46,353 nucleotides of DNA from a virus (taxonomy: Duplodnaviria > Heunggongvirae > Uroviricota > Caudoviricetes), in IMG/VR virus record IMGVR_UViG_2711768010_000018; one strand, given 5' to 3'. Below, piece by piece: positions 28,054-39,267 of the stretch. The translations under genes were made by a program, and so were the position numbers. Under the pieces are notes generated by a model that searched no databases, was not told the origin of the DNA, and saw only the letters and a list, made by a program, of their open reading frames with translations. How positions within the stretch are numbered: position 1 is the stretch's first letter; every line of letters begins with the position of its first letter.

Positions 28054-29149
28054 ACGGCTGCGTGATGAATCAATTGCTCATGCAGTCTGGATATCCCGCT
28101 ATAGCACTGGCGTGGCTGCCAGAATGGTGAAAATACTGAATGACAGCGATGCGGAACTTACTGCTCGCCTGCTGATAGCACTGGACAGCCTCGATCCAGG
28201 TAGTTTTACCGTTAAGCGCCTGGAGTCACTTCTGGCGAGCGTCAGAGAGGTTAACCGCACTGCTATTAACAGCATGTTTACCAGTCTCTCCGGAGAGCTG
28301 AACGAGCTGGCAATTTATGAGGCTGGTTATCAGTTAAGTCTGTTTGATTCTATGCTACCTGATTTTGTTGCTGATGTTCACCCTCTGGTTGGTATCTCTC
28401 CTGATGCACTTTATGCCGCTGCAATGGCGCGACCATTCCAGGGACGACTGCTCAGTGAGTGGGCCTCAGATCTTGAGGCGGATCGGCTCAGACGCATAAC
28501 AAATACAGTGCGTCAGGGTTTTTTGCTGGGGGATACCAATGAGCAGATCGCAAGAAAAATTCGGGGACATGTCAGTAAGGGATTTCAGGATGGTGCATTG
28601 CAGATGAGCCGGGCTAATGCGGCCAGCATTGCAAAAACAGCGGTTGGACATCTTGCTGCTACTGCCCGTGAGAGTTTTGCCAGCGCGAATAATGATTTGA
28701 TTAAGGGTAAGCAATGGTTATCAACGCTTGATAATCGTACTACGCCACAATGTCGAATCAGGGATCGCCTCAAATATACGCTGAATAATAAACCTGTAGG
28801 TCACAGCGTGCCTTATTTGCAGGGGCCGGGAAAAATTCATTTCTGCTGCCGCTCAACGGAAACGTTCATTCTGAAATCAGCGAAGGAACTGGGTATTGAT
28901 GTTCGCGATATTTCCCCGGCTGAGCGGGCCAGCATGGATGGCGTGGTGGCCGGAGATACAACCTACAGGGAATGGTTTTTGCGTCAGCCTTACACCAGAC
29001 AAAAACAGATTGTGGGGGAAAGCCGAGCAAAGCTGATTCGGGATGGTGGTATGTCGCCAGATGAATTTTACACCGATAAAGGCGAATGGCTGACGCTGAA
29101 GCAGCTCCGTGAGCGTGATGCACAGGTATTCAGAAAAGCAGGGATTTAA
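28034..29149 (+). CDS. Head morphogenesis / minor head protein (SPP1 gp7 or Mu F-like), 371 aa
   Basis: Position after portal with overlapping start; typical module order. Confidence 0.65.
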   Translation: MMQTVNERLRDESIAHAVWISRYSTGVAARMVKILNDSDAELTARLLIALDSLDPGSFTVKRLESLLASVREVNRTAINSMFTSLSGELNELAIYEAGYQLSLFDSMLPDFVADVHPLVGISPDALYAAAMARPFQGRLLSEWASDLEADRLRRITNTVRQGFLLGDTNEQIARKIRGHVSKGFQDGALQMSRANAASIAKTAVGHLAATARESFASANNDLIKGKQWLSTLDNRTTPQCRIRDRLKYTLNNKPVGHSVPYLQGPGKIHFCCRSTETFILKSAKELGIDVRDISPAERASMDGVVAGDTTYREWFLRQPYTRQKQIVGESRAKLIRDGGMSPDEFYTDKGEWLTLKQLRERDAQVFRKAGI

Positions 29150-29168
29150 ATAAATCATTTATTACAAC

Positions 29169-29194
29169 AGGCTACCTTCGGGTGGCCTTTTTTA
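29169..29194 (+). terminator. Terminator-like hairpin after the head morphogenesis gene
   Basis: Stem GGCTACC / GGTGGCC (one G-U pair), loop TTCG, then TTTTTT. Confidence 0.45.
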
Positions 29195-29253
29195 TTGCTG
29201 CGATCCGGATGGTGAGCAGCGTAACTGTCGGAAGACTTAAACCAGGTACTAAT

Positions 29254-30018
29254 ATGAAACTGAAAACGGTCGAGATTAACGGAAAACAATACGCAGAAAT
29301 TGATACTGCTGGCCTGCCAGTTTATGTGCACGACGATGGTAAAGAAATTGGCTTCGATGCACCGCTGGCGACAAAAAAAATTACAGAGCTTAATGGCGAG
29401 GCAAAAAATCATCGCCTGGCTAAAGAAGCTGCAGAGGAAAAACTGGCTAAGTTTGCCGCTATCGAAGACCCGAAGAAGGCGATCGAGGCACTGGAAATGC
29501 TGTCAAAAATCGACCAGAAAAAGCTGCTCGATGCGGGACAGGTTGACCAGGTTAAGGCAGAAATTACGAAAAATTTTCAGCAGCAATTAGATGAAGAAAA
29601 GCAACGCTCTCAGATGCTGGAGAAGCAGCTTTACGATTCTATGATTGGCGGTAGTTTTGCGGGTTCAAAATATATTGCCGATAAAATTGCGATCCCGGCA
29701 GATTTATTACAAGCCCGCTTCGGGCAGGCATTCAAAGTGGAAGAAGGGAGGATCGTTGCTTATGACGCTTCCGGCAACAAAATTTATTCCCGCGCGAAGC
29801 CTGGCGAACTGGCGCAGTTTGATGAGGCGCTGGAGTTCCTTGTCGAAAATTACCCTCAGAAAGACTACATCCTGAAAGCCAGTGGCAACAATGGCGGCGG
29901 CTCCCGTCCGACACAGCATGATATTGGTCAGAAAACGATGAAACGCTCTGCTTTTGATGCACTGGATGTTGCAGGTAAGCAAAACGCATTGAAAGACGGT
30001 ATCACAATCGTTGATTAA
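29254..30018 (+). CDS. Putative scaffolding protein, about 254 aa from MKLKTVEINGK...
   Basis: ORF track 29182..30018; internal ATG at 29254; charged, helical, coiled-coil-like sequence immediately upstream of the major capsid gene. Confidence 0.55.
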   Translation: MKLKTVEINGKQYAEIDTAGLPVYVHDDGKEIGFDAPLATKKITELNGEAKNHRLAKEAAEEKLAKFAAIEDPKKAIEALEMLSKIDQKKLLDAGQVDQVKAEITKNFQQQLDEEKQRSQMLEKQLYDSMIGGSFAGSKYIADKIAIPADLLQARFGQAFKVEEGRIVAYDASGNKIYSRAKPGELAQFDEALEFLVENYPQKDYILKASGNNGGGSRPTQHDIGQKTMKRSAFDALDVAGKQNALKDGITIVD

Positions 30019-30116
30019 CACATTTGTCAGCTTCCGGATGGGAGCTGGTGTCAGGGCTGGATAGCTCATTACTCCATCTATTCACAATTACGCAAATTTT
30101 TAAGGAATATTTAATT

Positions 30117-31256
30117 ATGGCTGGAAATACCCTGACCGGGTTGATCCCGACTATTTATACCGCCCTGGATGTTGTATCCCGTGAGCAGGTAGGTTTTATC
30201 CCTGCGGTAGCAAAAAACGCAAAAGCTGACGCCGCAGCAAAAGATCAGACGGTAACCGCGCCAGTTGCGCCTGAGGCGAAAACCGAAGATATCGTACCGG
30301 GGCCGTCAGCTCCGAATACCGGTGATCAAAATATTGGCACTGTTGATGTAAAAATTACTAAATCCAAAATGGCACCGGTTAAATGGAATGGTGAAGAACA
30401 ACTGGCTCTTGGCCCTTCAGGGACTTACAACACCATTCTGGCTGATCAGTTCAAGCAGGCTTTTCGCGCCCTTGCAAACGAGGTTGAGGCTGATCTTGGT
30501 GCGTTGTATTTCGGTGCTTCCCGCGCCGTGGGAACCGCAGGGACAACGCCGTTTGGTGTTAAAGATGATCTTTCTGATGCTGCTCTGGCTCGTCAGGTTC
30601 TGGAGGATAACGGCGCACCGACAACCGATCTGCAGATGGTGCTTGGCTCCACTGCCATTGCTAATTTGCGCGGAAAACAGTCTGTATTGTTTAAAGTGAA
30701 TGAATCCGGCACTGAACAGCTACTGCGTGAGGGCGTGTTGGGGCGTCTGGAGGGATTCAATATTCACAGTTCGGCAGGTGTGAAACGAGCGCCAAAGGTT
30801 GCTGCAACTGGTTATCTCGTGAATGGAGAGAAAAAAGAAGGCGATGTTCTTATTTCCATTGATACTGGTTCGGGGAGTATTTCTGCAGGTCAGATTGTTA
30901 CGTTCGCTGGTGATCCGAATCAGTATGTTGTGGCAGCAGCGACCAGCAATCTGATTACTCTTGCAGCGCCCGGACTGCGTCAGGATCTGGCCGATGATAC
31001 TGCCATCACAGTTGTTGGGGCCTTTACTGCAAATATGGCGTTTGATCGCAACGCGTTTCTGCTGGCATCCCGTACTCCGGCAATGCCGGAAGGTGGCGAT
31101 AATGCTGATGATGTAATGAATGTTACGGACCCGATTTCAGGGATTACGTTCCAGATTGCACTGTATCGTCAGTATCGCCAGGTGCGCTATGAAGTTGGAC
31201 TGGCATGGGGTGTTTCATCAGTGAAGCCGGCACATGGTTGTCTGATTCTTGGTTAA
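30117..31256 (+). CDS. Major capsid protein, about 379 aa from MAGNTLTGLIP...
   Basis: ORF track 30024..31256; the ATG at 30117 follows a TAAGGAA RBS; followed by a strong terminator hairpin. Confidence 0.75.
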   Translation: MAGNTLTGLIPTIYTALDVVSREQVGFIPAVAKNAKADAAAKDQTVTAPVAPEAKTEDIVPGPSAPNTGDQNIGTVDVKITKSKMAPVKWNGEEQLALGPSGTYNTILADQFKQAFRALANEVEADLGALYFGASRAVGTAGTTPFGVKDDLSDAALARQVLEDNGAPTTDLQMVLGSTAIANLRGKQSVLFKVNESGTEQLLREGVLGRLEGFNIHSSAGVKRAPKVAATGYLVNGEKKEGDVLISIDTGSGSISAGQIVTFAGDPNQYVVAAATSNLITLAAPGLRQDLADDTAITVVGAFTANMAFDRNAFLLASRTPAMPEGGDNADDVMNVTDPISGITFQIALYRQYRQVRYEVGLAWGVSSVKPAHGCLILG

Positions 31257-31265
31257 ACATTCAAA

Positions 31266-31287
31266 CGGGGCTTCGGCCCCATTTTTA
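31266..31287 (+). terminator. Rho-independent terminator after the capsid gene
   Basis: Stem GGGGC, loop TTCG, stem GCCCC, then ATTTTT. Confidence 0.55.
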
Positions 31288-31298
31288 ATGGGGGGCAT

Positions 31299-31475
31299 AT
31301 GGCCGGATTAACTAAAGAGCAAAGAGCACAGCGTGAAGCCGCACAAAAAACGCAAATTGAGTTAGTGGTTATGGTGACCGATTATCAGATGTTTCCCGGC
31401 GCACCAACTATCGCTAATGTTCATCCTGATGAAGTTGACAACTGGAAGGCTATGGGCTGGAAAACTCAGGAGTAA
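31299..31475 (+). CDS. Small hypothetical protein, 58 aa
   Basis: Hand-translated ORF below the track cut-off (MAGLTKEQRAQREAAQKTQIELVVMVTDYQMF...KTQE), preceded by GGGGGG; fills the gap between capsid and head-tail genes. Confidence 0.35.
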   Translation: MAGLTKEQRAQREAAQKTQIELVVMVTDYQMFPGAPTIANVHPDEVDNWKAMGWKTQE

Positions 31476-31478
31476 CAC

Positions 31479-31874
31479 ATGATCACTTACGTGACCTGTG
31501 ATGACGTTGATAATGCGTTTGGGAACGCCTGGACGAGTGAGAACGCTAAAAATAAAGCTGTTTTAATGGCTAATGCCTGGCTTAATGGCTTCAACCTGAA
31601 AATTAACCCATCCCGTATTCCGGAAGAGGTAAAACTTGCGGGAGCATATGCAGCCAGAATTGCCTCATTCGGTAAGTTGTTTCAGCAGAAAAATGATTCT
31701 GGCGTTGTTATCAGTAAAGCCGTGTCGGCTGACGGGGTCAGTGTATCGAAATCATTTTCTGAGTTGCCAGCAAACAGCACTGCATTGCTTGAACCCGATT
31801 TACAGCTTGCGATAGCACTGCTGAAACCGTACGGACTTAGTCGCTCACAAGTCAGGGTTGTGAGGGGGGGATAA
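31479..31874 (+). CDS. Head-tail connector / head completion protein, 131 aa
   Basis: Position in a tightly packed series of four roughly 130 aa genes between capsid and major tail genes. Confidence 0.5.
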   Translation: MITYVTCDDVDNAFGNAWTSENAKNKAVLMANAWLNGFNLKINPSRIPEEVKLAGAYAARIASFGKLFQQKNDSGVVISKAVSADGVSVSKSFSELPANSTALLEPDLQLAIALLKPYGLSRSQVRVVRGG

Positions 31875-32257
31875 TGGGGCTTCGTGAAGAGATTCAGTCA
31901 GAGGTTGCCGCTGCTTTTGATGAGGATTTAGCGGACGCCGTGAGTGATTTTTCTGGTTCTTACGTTACGCACCGGCACTGGGATCCTGTGACGGAAACTG
32001 GCGGCGAATCAACCGCAATCTATACCGGGCGAGGCGTGTTGACACGTTATAAGCTGGGCAGAATTGATGGGATTAATATTTTGCATGGTGACCTTAAATT
32101 AACCGCTCTGGTATGCGAGGTTACGGATAAACCAGCTGTCGACCATATTATTGAGATTTATGATCCTGTATCAAGGCAGTTACAACGATACGAGGTAATT
32201 ACAGCAAGTGTAGATCCTTCCGCATCAGTTTACTCTATCCAGTTAAGGAGAGCGTAA
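31874..32257 (+). CDS. Head-tail joining protein, 127 aa
   Basis: Synteny; start overlaps the upstream stop. Confidence 0.5.
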   Translation: MGLREEIQSEVAAAFDEDLADAVSDFSGSYVTHRHWDPVTETGGESTAIYTGRGVLTRYKLGRIDGINILHGDLKLTALVCEVTDKPAVDHIIEIYDPVSRQLQRYEVITASVDPSASVYSIQLRRA

Positions 32258-32638
32258 ATGGCAAAGGCATGGGATATAGAACCGTCAATATTTGCCGGGA
32301 TGATTGAGGAAGATGTAGGGCTGAAGATTCGCTACATCGCTATGCAGATTCTTACTGCTATTGATATTGCTGCTCCGGTTGATACCGGACGTTTCAGAAA
32401 TAACAACCTGGTGTCGTTACAGCATCCCGATTTTGGTATATCTGATAACGTGGATCCGAACGGTACGATTGCTGTTCAGCGTGGGATCGGGGTTATTTCG
32501 AAAGCTGCAAATTACGGGGTTATTTATATCCAGAATAACCTTCCTTATGCAGAGGCTCTTGAAAACGGTCATTCACAACAAGCGCCAACTGGCGTGTATG
32601 CCAACGCTTTTCATGGTGTTTTACAGGCTTACAAATGA
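32258..32638 (+). CDS. Head-tail joining protein (HK97 gp10-like), 126 aa
   Basis: Synteny; VDTGRFR motif reminiscent of the HK97 gp10 family. Confidence 0.5.
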   Translation: MAKAWDIEPSIFAGMIEEDVGLKIRYIAMQILTAIDIAAPVDTGRFRNNNLVSLQHPDFGISDNVDPNGTIAVQRGIGVISKAANYGVIYIQNNLPYAEALENGHSQQAPTGVYANAFHGVLQAYK

Positions 32639-33027
32639 AGTTTACTGAAATCAGAAATACGGTTATTTCCAGAATGACGGCACAGACGATTATTGATGGA
32701 AAAGACGTATTGTATCCGAACGGGCCAACGTTCGATCCTTCCGGTAAGTTAATCTGGGCGCGGTTAAGTAATATTCCCGGGCAGGCTGGAGTTAATGAAA
32801 TTGGCGCGGGGCCGGTTGTTTATCGCACGGGGATAATCATTATTCAGTTATTTGTCCCCGCAGGTTCTGGTTCAAAACTCATTACTGAGACAGCCGATAA
32901 ATTGCGGGAACTGTTTGAGTTTCAGGATGACGATCGTCTCAGTTACCAGGCTGTTTCCTCAATAGCCGTTGGCGAAAAGAATGGCTGGTTCCAGCTTAAT
33001 CTTCAAATTCCATATCGCGCGCTCTAG
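32635..33027 (+). CDS. Tail completion / tail terminator-like protein, 130 aa
   Basis: Synteny, immediately upstream of the major tail gene. Confidence 0.45.
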   Translation: MKFTEIRNTVISRMTAQTIIDGKDVLYPNGPTFDPSGKLIWARLSNIPGQAGVNEIGAGPVVYRTGIIIIQLFVPAGSGSKLITETADKLRELFEFQDDDRLSYQAVSSIAVGEKNGWFQLNLQIPYRAL

Positions 33028-33053
33028 CGCAATTAATGACATAGGAGGCTCCT

Positions 33054-34016
33054 GTGAGTTCAGGTGCAAAGGTTATCTCGGCATTTATCCGGGAGACGGT
33101 TGCAGGCACTACGCCAGCAAGTGGTGACTGGAGTTTATTAAAACGCACAAGCTGGGGAGTAAAACCCACCCAGAATAAAGGCGAAAATAATGAGATTGGT
33201 GGCTCCCGGATGGCTCAGGGGGCGACGCCTGGCACTGTGGATGTCGGCGGTGATGTTGGTACCAAATTTCGCTGGGGTCAACATGATGATTTTCTTGCAT
33301 CCTGTTTCGGCGCGGAATGGTCAGGCGATTCTCTGACAATGGGGAATGAGCGAATAACATTTTCTCTGGCGACCTATGCGTCCGATGTCGGAATTGCCTC
33401 TGTCGTCAGAGGAGCGCAGGTTGGCTCATGGAAAATGCAGATCCCTAACGACGGCGATATTACAGCGACCGTAACCTTTGCCGGACTGGACTGGGAATCA
33501 AAGGCCGATGATACGAATTTTATCAAAGGCGAACCTGTGGATAGTGCAGGAAAGCTACGTTATTCGTTTAAGGAGGTTTCAGCAGTAAGCCTGAATGGTG
33601 TTGCCGGAGGTAACGGTTTTTGTATCGACAGTTTTGATATTCAGTTCGATAACAAACTCCAGACACAGCGTTGTATCGGGACTGGCTCGCCTTATGCAGG
33701 AGCAAATATTCCGACTACTTTTACACCGTCCGGTACGGTGACGCTTTCATGGTCTAAAGCCGCGTGGGAAATCTGGAGTAAAACACTGACTGGAGAAACA
33801 GTTCCGTTCAGCTTCACGCTTTCGAATGGAGAGGGGGCATACACTTTCAGTTTCCCGAAGGTTCAGGTGTCAGGTGAATGGCCTGATGGGGGTAATAGCG
33901 ACATTATCCAGGTTCAATTGAGCATTACCGCAGCAGATGAAGCACCTACGATAACCAGAAAAAAAAATTCCCCGGCTGCCGTGATCGCAAAAGCCAGTGC
34001 TGAGGCGATTAGTTGA
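33054..34016 (+). CDS. Major tail (tube) protein, 320 aa (GTG start with AGGAGG RBS)
   Basis: Position upstream of the G/GT chaperone pair and the tape measure gene. Confidence 0.65.
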   Translation: MSSGAKVISAFIRETVAGTTPASGDWSLLKRTSWGVKPTQNKGENNEIGGSRMAQGATPGTVDVGGDVGTKFRWGQHDDFLASCFGAEWSGDSLTMGNERITFSLATYASDVGIASVVRGAQVGSWKMQIPNDGDITATVTFAGLDWESKADDTNFIKGEPVDSAGKLRYSFKEVSAVSLNGVAGGNGFCIDSFDIQFDNKLQTQRCIGTGSPYAGANIPTTFTPSGTVTLSWSKAAWEIWSKTLTGETVPFSFTLSNGEGAYTFSFPKVQVSGEWPDGGNSDIIQVQLSITAADEAPTITRKKNSPAAVIAKASAEAIS

Positions 34017-34064
34017 TTTTCCGTTATTCCTCCTGTGGTACTGCCCTACAGGGGGACGCATTGA

Positions 34065-34526
34065 ATGAGGTTATGGATGTTTATTCTTAATCAGAAAATT
34101 ATCATTGGTGGAGAACGCTGGTTTACGCCAATGAAGGACTTAAAACCTGTAGACGGGTTAAAACTGTTGGTGGCAAGCAGCGATAACGATCAGTATCGCT
34201 CCCGTAATGCATTAATCCGTCGCCACATTGAGAAAATGGATGCCAGTTTGCACGTCGGAACGAAGGAGTTTGATATTTCAAAGGTTTCCGAGGTGGATTC
34301 TGTTGATGATTTACTCATTGATAATGCCGCTCGTTATCTGCTGAAAGACTGGAAAGGGGTTGGTGAACTGGTTAATGGTGTTGAGGTTGCACTGGAATAT
34401 ACGGCAGAACGAGGGATCGCGCTGCTTAAGCAGAATCCAGAGTTGTACTGGCAGATCCTTGCAGAAGCAGCCAGCATCGCCCAGGGTAAAGAGCAGCAGA
34501 AGCAGGATACGATAAAAAAGCCATAG
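34065..34526 (+). CDS. Tail assembly chaperone (lambda G analogue)
   Basis: Located directly upstream of the tape measure gene; ends just after an A-AAA-AAG slippery heptamer. Confidence 0.65.
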   Translation: MRLWMFILNQKIIIGGERWFTPMKDLKPVDGLKLLVASSDNDQYRSRNALIRRHIEKMDASLHVGTKEFDISKVSEVDSVDDLLIDNAARYLLKDWKGVGELVNGVEVALEYTAERGIALLKQNPELYWQILAEAASIAQGKEQQKQDTIKKP

Positions 34527-34834
34527 CTGCCCAGCGGTGGTTATCGGAGTTCGGGGGAGAAAGGGGGGAAAAGGCAAGATGGAAGCGAGAAAAACTCAGG
34601 TTGCCACCGATACCGGAACCAGAAATAGACCCGGTGCTTAAGGAGTTGTTGTACGCCTATTCGGTAATATCCCGTGCCCGACGTTATGCTGGAATGGCTG
34701 GGGTGCCTTTGCCTTTATCTCTGACAGAGATAAATGAATATTTAGCCACTCATCCGGTATTGATTGAGCGCGATGAATTTGAAGCAGTGATCTTTGCACT
34801 GGATGACCAGTATTTTCAGGAGCAGTGTGTGTAG
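34514..34834 (+). CDS. Frameshift extension of the tail assembly chaperone (lambda GT analogue), reached by -1 frameshift at A-AAA-AAG (34514-34520)
   Basis: The -1 frame is open from before the slippery site through 34834 (hand-translated KKAIAAQRWLSEFGGERGEKARWKREKLRLPPIPEP...). Confidence 0.6.
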   Translation, partial: KKAIAAQRWLSEFGGERGEKARWKREKLRLPPIPEPEIDPVLKELLYAYSVISRARRYAGMAGVPLPLSLTEINEYLATHPVLIERDEFEAVIFALDDQYFQEQCV

Positions 34835-34999
34835 TTGTTAATTACGTACACTCTGTTACAGAGATGTGATGGTGTCTTTAATTAAATCGATGATGCTCCT
34901 GGAGAAAAGCATTGCGTGGCCTCGTAATCGCTATATCTACTATTATGTCGCCTGAAACCCACTTCGCGGTGGGTTTTTTGTTGTCAGGAGTTTTAATAA

Positions 35000-37900
35000 A
35001 TGGCAGAGCAAACCTCGCGTCTCGCAATAATTATTGATAGCACTGGAGCGAAAAATAATGCTGACAATCTGACCTCCTCATTAGTCAAAATGACGCAGGC
35101 TGGGGAAACTGCTGCAAATAGCGCAGGGAAAGTGACTAAGGCAACAGAAGATGAGAAGAACGCGCTCGCAAAATTAAAAGCAGCTATTGATCCAGTTGGT
35201 GCCGCAATTGATACTGTCGGTCGACGCTATTCTGAATTAAAGAAATTTTTCGATAAAGGGCTTATTGATAAAGAAGAATATGAATTTCTTGTCCGTAAAC
35301 TTAATGAAACCACAGAGGAATTGAGCGGGGTTGCGCAAGCGCAGAGAGAAGCCGAGAAGGCCGGAAAACTTGCTGCCGCCCAGCAGGAAGCGCAGGCTCA
35401 GGCCTTTCAAAGAATGCTGGACAAGATCGACCCTCTGGCTGCGGCGCTAAGAAATCTTGAACAACAGCATGATGAACTTAATGCTGCGTTTGCATCCGGG
35501 AAAATAAATGGTTCTCAGTTTGAGAATTATAGCCGAAAAATACAGGAAACACGGCGAGAGCTTACCGGAGAGGCTCAGGCAGAGCGAGAAGCAGCAAAAG
35601 CGCATGATGAACAGGTTGTTGCTTTGCAACGTCTGATTGCTCAACTTGATCCTGTCGGAACTGCTTTTAATCGTCTGGTAGAACAACAGAAACAGCTCAA
35701 TGAAGCAAAAGCTAAGGGGATGCTTTCTCCTGAAATGTATGAGGAGCTTTCTGGAAAACTTCGTGCTATGCGGAGTGAGCTTGAGGTTACTCAATCACAA
35801 TTAAGCAAAACCGGAATGTCGGCAAAACAAACGGCTTTTGCTATGCGCATGTTGCCTGTACAAATGACGGATATTGTTGTTGGGTTGTCCACTGGTCAGT
35901 CGCCATTTATGGTGTTAATGCAGCAGGGCGGCCAGCTAAAAGATATGTTCGGTGGGATTGGCCCGGCGATCAAAGGTGTAGGTTCTTATGTGCTGGGATT
36001 AATTAATCCTTTTACCCTGGCCGCAGCAGCCGTTGGGGTCTTAGGACTGGCTTACTATAAAGGCTCTCAGGAGCAGGACGAATTTAATAAATCTCTTATT
36101 CTTACCGGAAATCAGTTGGGGACAACCAGCGGGCAATTGGGCGATATAGCTCAACGTGCCGGGAATGCGGCTGATTCGACAACTGGTGCTGCGGCGGCAG
36201 TATTAAATCAGCTTGTGCGTTCGGGAAAGGTAGCGAGCAGTTCGCTGGAGCAAGTGACGACAGCGATAGTAAAAACGAGCGAAGTAACAGGAATATCAAC
36301 CGAACAACTGGTTAATGACTTCAATGAAATTGCAAAGGATCCTGTCAGTGCCATATCAAAACTTAATGATCAGTACCATTTTCTGACACTTGCGACTTAT
36401 AACCAGATTAAGGCGCTACAGGATGAAGGGAACCAGCAGGAGGCCGCCCGCATTGCGACAGAAGAATACTCATCCTCAATGATCCAGCGCACCAACCAGA
36501 TTAAAGAAAATCTTGGTTATCTTGAGACTGCATGGAAAGCTGTCGCAGACTCCGCAAAATGGGCATGGGATTCCATGCTGGATATTGGCCGTGAGGCCTC
36601 CCTTGATCAAAAAATCTCAGATGTTCTCCGTCAAATTGATGAAATAGAAAAAAATACCCGACCCGGAGTTTTCGGGTTAGGTGGCATTGGAGATGGCGGA
36701 GCTCAAAATAAAAGGCTGGCACGATTAAAGCAGCAATTGGGCGTACTTCAAGCAGAAAAAATTGCTCAGGACGTACTAAATTCATCAATAAACGATTACA
36801 ACAAGCGACAACAGGAAGGAATTGAACTCAGACAGAGAGCAGATGCCTTTTCAAAACAATATCAGACCCGGGAGCAGCAGAGAGCTAGTGAACTTGCAAA
36901 ACTGGAAAAGCTAAAGAATCAGTATTCAAAGGAAGAATATAATAATCTTATCGCTCAAATAAATGAGCGTTATAAAGATCCAAAGCAACCAAAGGCGAAA
37001 GGTTATTCTGATGATGCAGCCCAACGAATGATTGATCATCTGAATCAACAGAATGCGTTACTAAGTTCACAAGCTGAGTTGACCGTTAAATTAAGTTCCT
37101 CTGAACAGGAACTGGTTAAGTGGCGTCAGCGGATTGCCGACCTAGAGTCACGACCATCATCGAAATTAACCCAGGATCAGAAATCGCTTCTCTTACACCG
37201 GGAAGAAATAACCACGTTGATGGAGAAAAATGTTGCGATTGAAAAAAATAACAGGCTAATCAAGGAATCCGCCGAAATAACAGCATGGCGTGATTCATTG
37301 CAGGCTTCGATTGATAATCGTCAGCAGGGGTATGATATTCAGATTGCTGGTTATGGGGTTGGCGATAAAAATCAGCAACGCCAGCAGGAATTACTGCGGA
37401 TTGAACATGGATATAACAATCAGCGTCTGCAACTTGAACGTGACTATGCAGATAAATCCCGTGGAATGTCAGATCATGTTTTTCAAGAGAAAATGCAGGC
37501 TCTGAATGATGCTCTGGAACGGGAAAAAGAAATTGTCAGACAGAAAAACGAGCAGCTCGATATTCAGGCAGGAGACTGGGTTAGTGGTGCCTCCCAGGGA
37601 TTCAATAACTGGCTGGATGACACTAAGGATATCAGTGAGCAGATAAAATCAACCACGACTCAGATGTTTGATGGGATGACCGATGCGCTGGGTGATTTTG
37701 TCACGACAGGCAAGGCAAATTTTCGTTCTTTCGCTACTTCCGTGATTTCGGATCTTAGTCGAATAGCATTAAAGGCTTCAATTACTGGGATTTTCGACAG
37801 CATTAGTAACAGTTCTTCTGGGGGGATTTTAGGAACTATCGGGAGTGCTATTAGTAAATTTATTCCGAATGCAAAGGGCGGTGTTTATGAGTCTCCGTCA

Positions 37901-38233
37901 TTGAGCACGTATTCGAACGGTATTTATGATTCCCCGCAATTTTTTGCTTTTGCAAAAGGGGCTGGTGTTTTTGGTGAGGCTGGACCGGAAGCCATTATGC
38001 CATTAACACGAACTTCCGATGGTTCTCTTGGTGTCAGAGCTATTAATAGTAAAAGTGGTAATGGAGGCGGAGATATTACCTATGCCCCTGTATACCAAAT
38101 CACTATTCAAAATGACGGCCAGAATGGAGAGATTGGCCCTCAGGCAATAAAAGCACTTATGGGGATGGTTGATCAGCGGGTGCAGGGCAATCTGTTAAAT
38201 ATGCGACGTGATGGGGGAATGTTAAGTGGCTAA
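35000..38233 (+). CDS. Tail tape measure protein, 1077 aa
   Basis: Very long, coiled-coil-rich ORF between the chaperone and M/L/K/I/J genes. Confidence 0.9.
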   Translation: MAEQTSRLAIIIDSTGAKNNADNLTSSLVKMTQAGETAANSAGKVTKATEDEKNALAKLKAAIDPVGAAIDTVGRRYSELKKFFDKGLIDKEEYEFLVRKLNETTEELSGVAQAQREAEKAGKLAAAQQEAQAQAFQRMLDKIDPLAAALRNLEQQHDELNAAFASGKINGSQFENYSRKIQETRRELTGEAQAEREAAKAHDEQVVALQRLIAQLDPVGTAFNRLVEQQKQLNEAKAKGMLSPEMYEELSGKLRAMRSELEVTQSQLSKTGMSAKQTAFAMRMLPVQMTDIVVGLSTGQSPFMVLMQQGGQLKDMFGGIGPAIKGVGSYVLGLINPFTLAAAAVGVLGLAYYKGSQEQDEFNKSLILTGNQLGTTSGQLGDIAQRAGNAADSTTGAAAAVLNQLVRSGKVASSSLEQVTTAIVKTSEVTGISTEQLVNDFNEIAKDPVSAISKLNDQYHFLTLATYNQIKALQDEGNQQEAARIATEEYSSSMIQRTNQIKENLGYLETAWKAVADSAKWAWDSMLDIGREASLDQKISDVLRQIDEIEKNTRPGVFGLGGIGDGGAQNKRLARLKQQLGVLQAEKIAQDVLNSSINDYNKRQQEGIELRQRADAFSKQYQTREQQRASELAKLEKLKNQYSKEEYNNLIAQINERYKDPKQPKAKGYSDDAAQRMIDHLNQQNALLSSQAELTVKLSSSEQELVKWRQRIADLESRPSSKLTQDQKSLLLHREEITTLMEKNVAIEKNNRLIKESAEITAWRDSLQASIDNRQQGYDIQIAGYGVGDKNQQRQQELLRIEHGYNNQRLQLERDYADKSRGMSDHVFQEKMQALNDALEREKEIVRQKNEQLDIQAGDWVSGASQGFNNWLDDTKDISEQIKSTTTQMFDGMTDALGDFVTTGKANFRSFATSVISDLSRIALKASITGIFDSISNSSSGGILGTIGSAISKFIPNAKGGVYESPSLSTYSNGIYDSPQFFAFAKGAGVFGEAGPEAIMPLTRTSDGSLGVRAINSKSGNGGGDITYAPVYQITIQNDGQNGEIGPQAIKALMGMVDQRVQGNLLNMRRDGGMLSG

Positions 38234-38564
38234 TACGGAAGAATTTCACTGGTTACCAGAGGATGGAATGAAAACAGAAAATAAACCATCGATAAAAACT
38301 GTAAGATTTGGTGATGGTTATGAGCAACGAAGTCCAAATGGACTTAATCATTCTCTGCGCGTTTTCACCTGTGATTTCAAAGTTGAGGCGAATGAACGTG
38401 ATTCATTTGAAAAATTTTTAGCCCGGCATGAAGGCTATAAATCTTTTTTTTGGCGCCCGCCGGGTATTAACAGAAAAATCAGAGTGGTGTGTCGAACGTG
38501 GTCAGCGACAGAACATATCACCTATACCGATTTTTCGTGTCAGTTTGACGAAGTGGTGATCTGA
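38226..38564 (+). CDS. Minor tail protein (lambda M-like), 112 aa
   Basis: Synteny and size. Confidence 0.8.
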   Translation: MANTEEFHWLPEDGMKTENKPSIKTVRFGDGYEQRSPNGLNHSLRVFTCDFKVEANERDSFEKFLARHEGYKSFFWRPPGINRKIRVVCRTWSATEHITYTDFSCQFDEVVI

Positions 38565-39262
38565 TGCAGGACATACAACAGGAAACGCTGAATGAATGCA
38601 TTCGTGCGGAGCAGTCGGCCAGCGTGGTGCTCTGGGAAATCGACCTGACCGAGGTAGGCGGGGATCGCTACTTTTTCTGCAATGAGCAGAACGAGAAAGG
38701 AGAGTCTGTCACCTGGCAGAGTCGGCAGTATCAGGCCTATCCCATTCAGGGGAGTGGATTTGAGATGAACGGCAAAGGTGCCAGTGCAAGGCCAACGCTG
38801 AAAGTCTCTAATCTGCACGGCATGGTCACCGGGATGGCGGAAGACCTGCAGAGTCTGGTCGGCGGAACGGTGGTCAGGCGTAAGGTTTACGCCCGTTTTC
38901 TGGATGCGGTGAACTTCGTCAACGGAAACAGTGACGCCGATCCGGAGCAGGAGGTGATCAGCCGCTGGCGTATTGAGCAGTGCAGCGAACTGAGCGCGGT
39001 CAGTGCCTCCTTTGTACTGTCCACGCCGACGGAAACGGACGGCGCTGTTTTTCCGGGGCGCATCATGCTTGCTAATACCTGCACCTGGACCTATCGCGGT
39101 GATGAGTGCGGTTATCACGGTCCGGCTGTCGCGGATGAATATGACCAGCCAACGTCCGATATCACGAAGGATAAATGCAGCAAATGCCTGAGCGGTTGTA
39201 AGTTCCGCAATAACGTCGGCAACTTTGGCGGCTTCCTTTCCATTAACAAACTTTCGCAGTAA
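38564..39262 (+). CDS. Minor tail protein (lambda L-like), 232 aa
   Basis: Synteny; conserved Cys cluster near the C-terminus. Confidence 0.85.
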   Translation: MQDIQQETLNECIRAEQSASVVLWEIDLTEVGGDRYFFCNEQNEKGESVTWQSRQYQAYPIQGSGFEMNGKGASARPTLKVSNLHGMVTGMAEDLQSLVGGTVVRRKVYARFLDAVNFVNGNSDADPEQEVISRWRIEQCSELSAVSASFVLSTPTETDGAVFPGRIMLANTCTWTYRGDECGYHGPAVADEYDQPTSDITKDKCSKCLSGCKFRNNVGNFGGFLSINKLSQ

Positions 39263-39267
39263 ATCCC

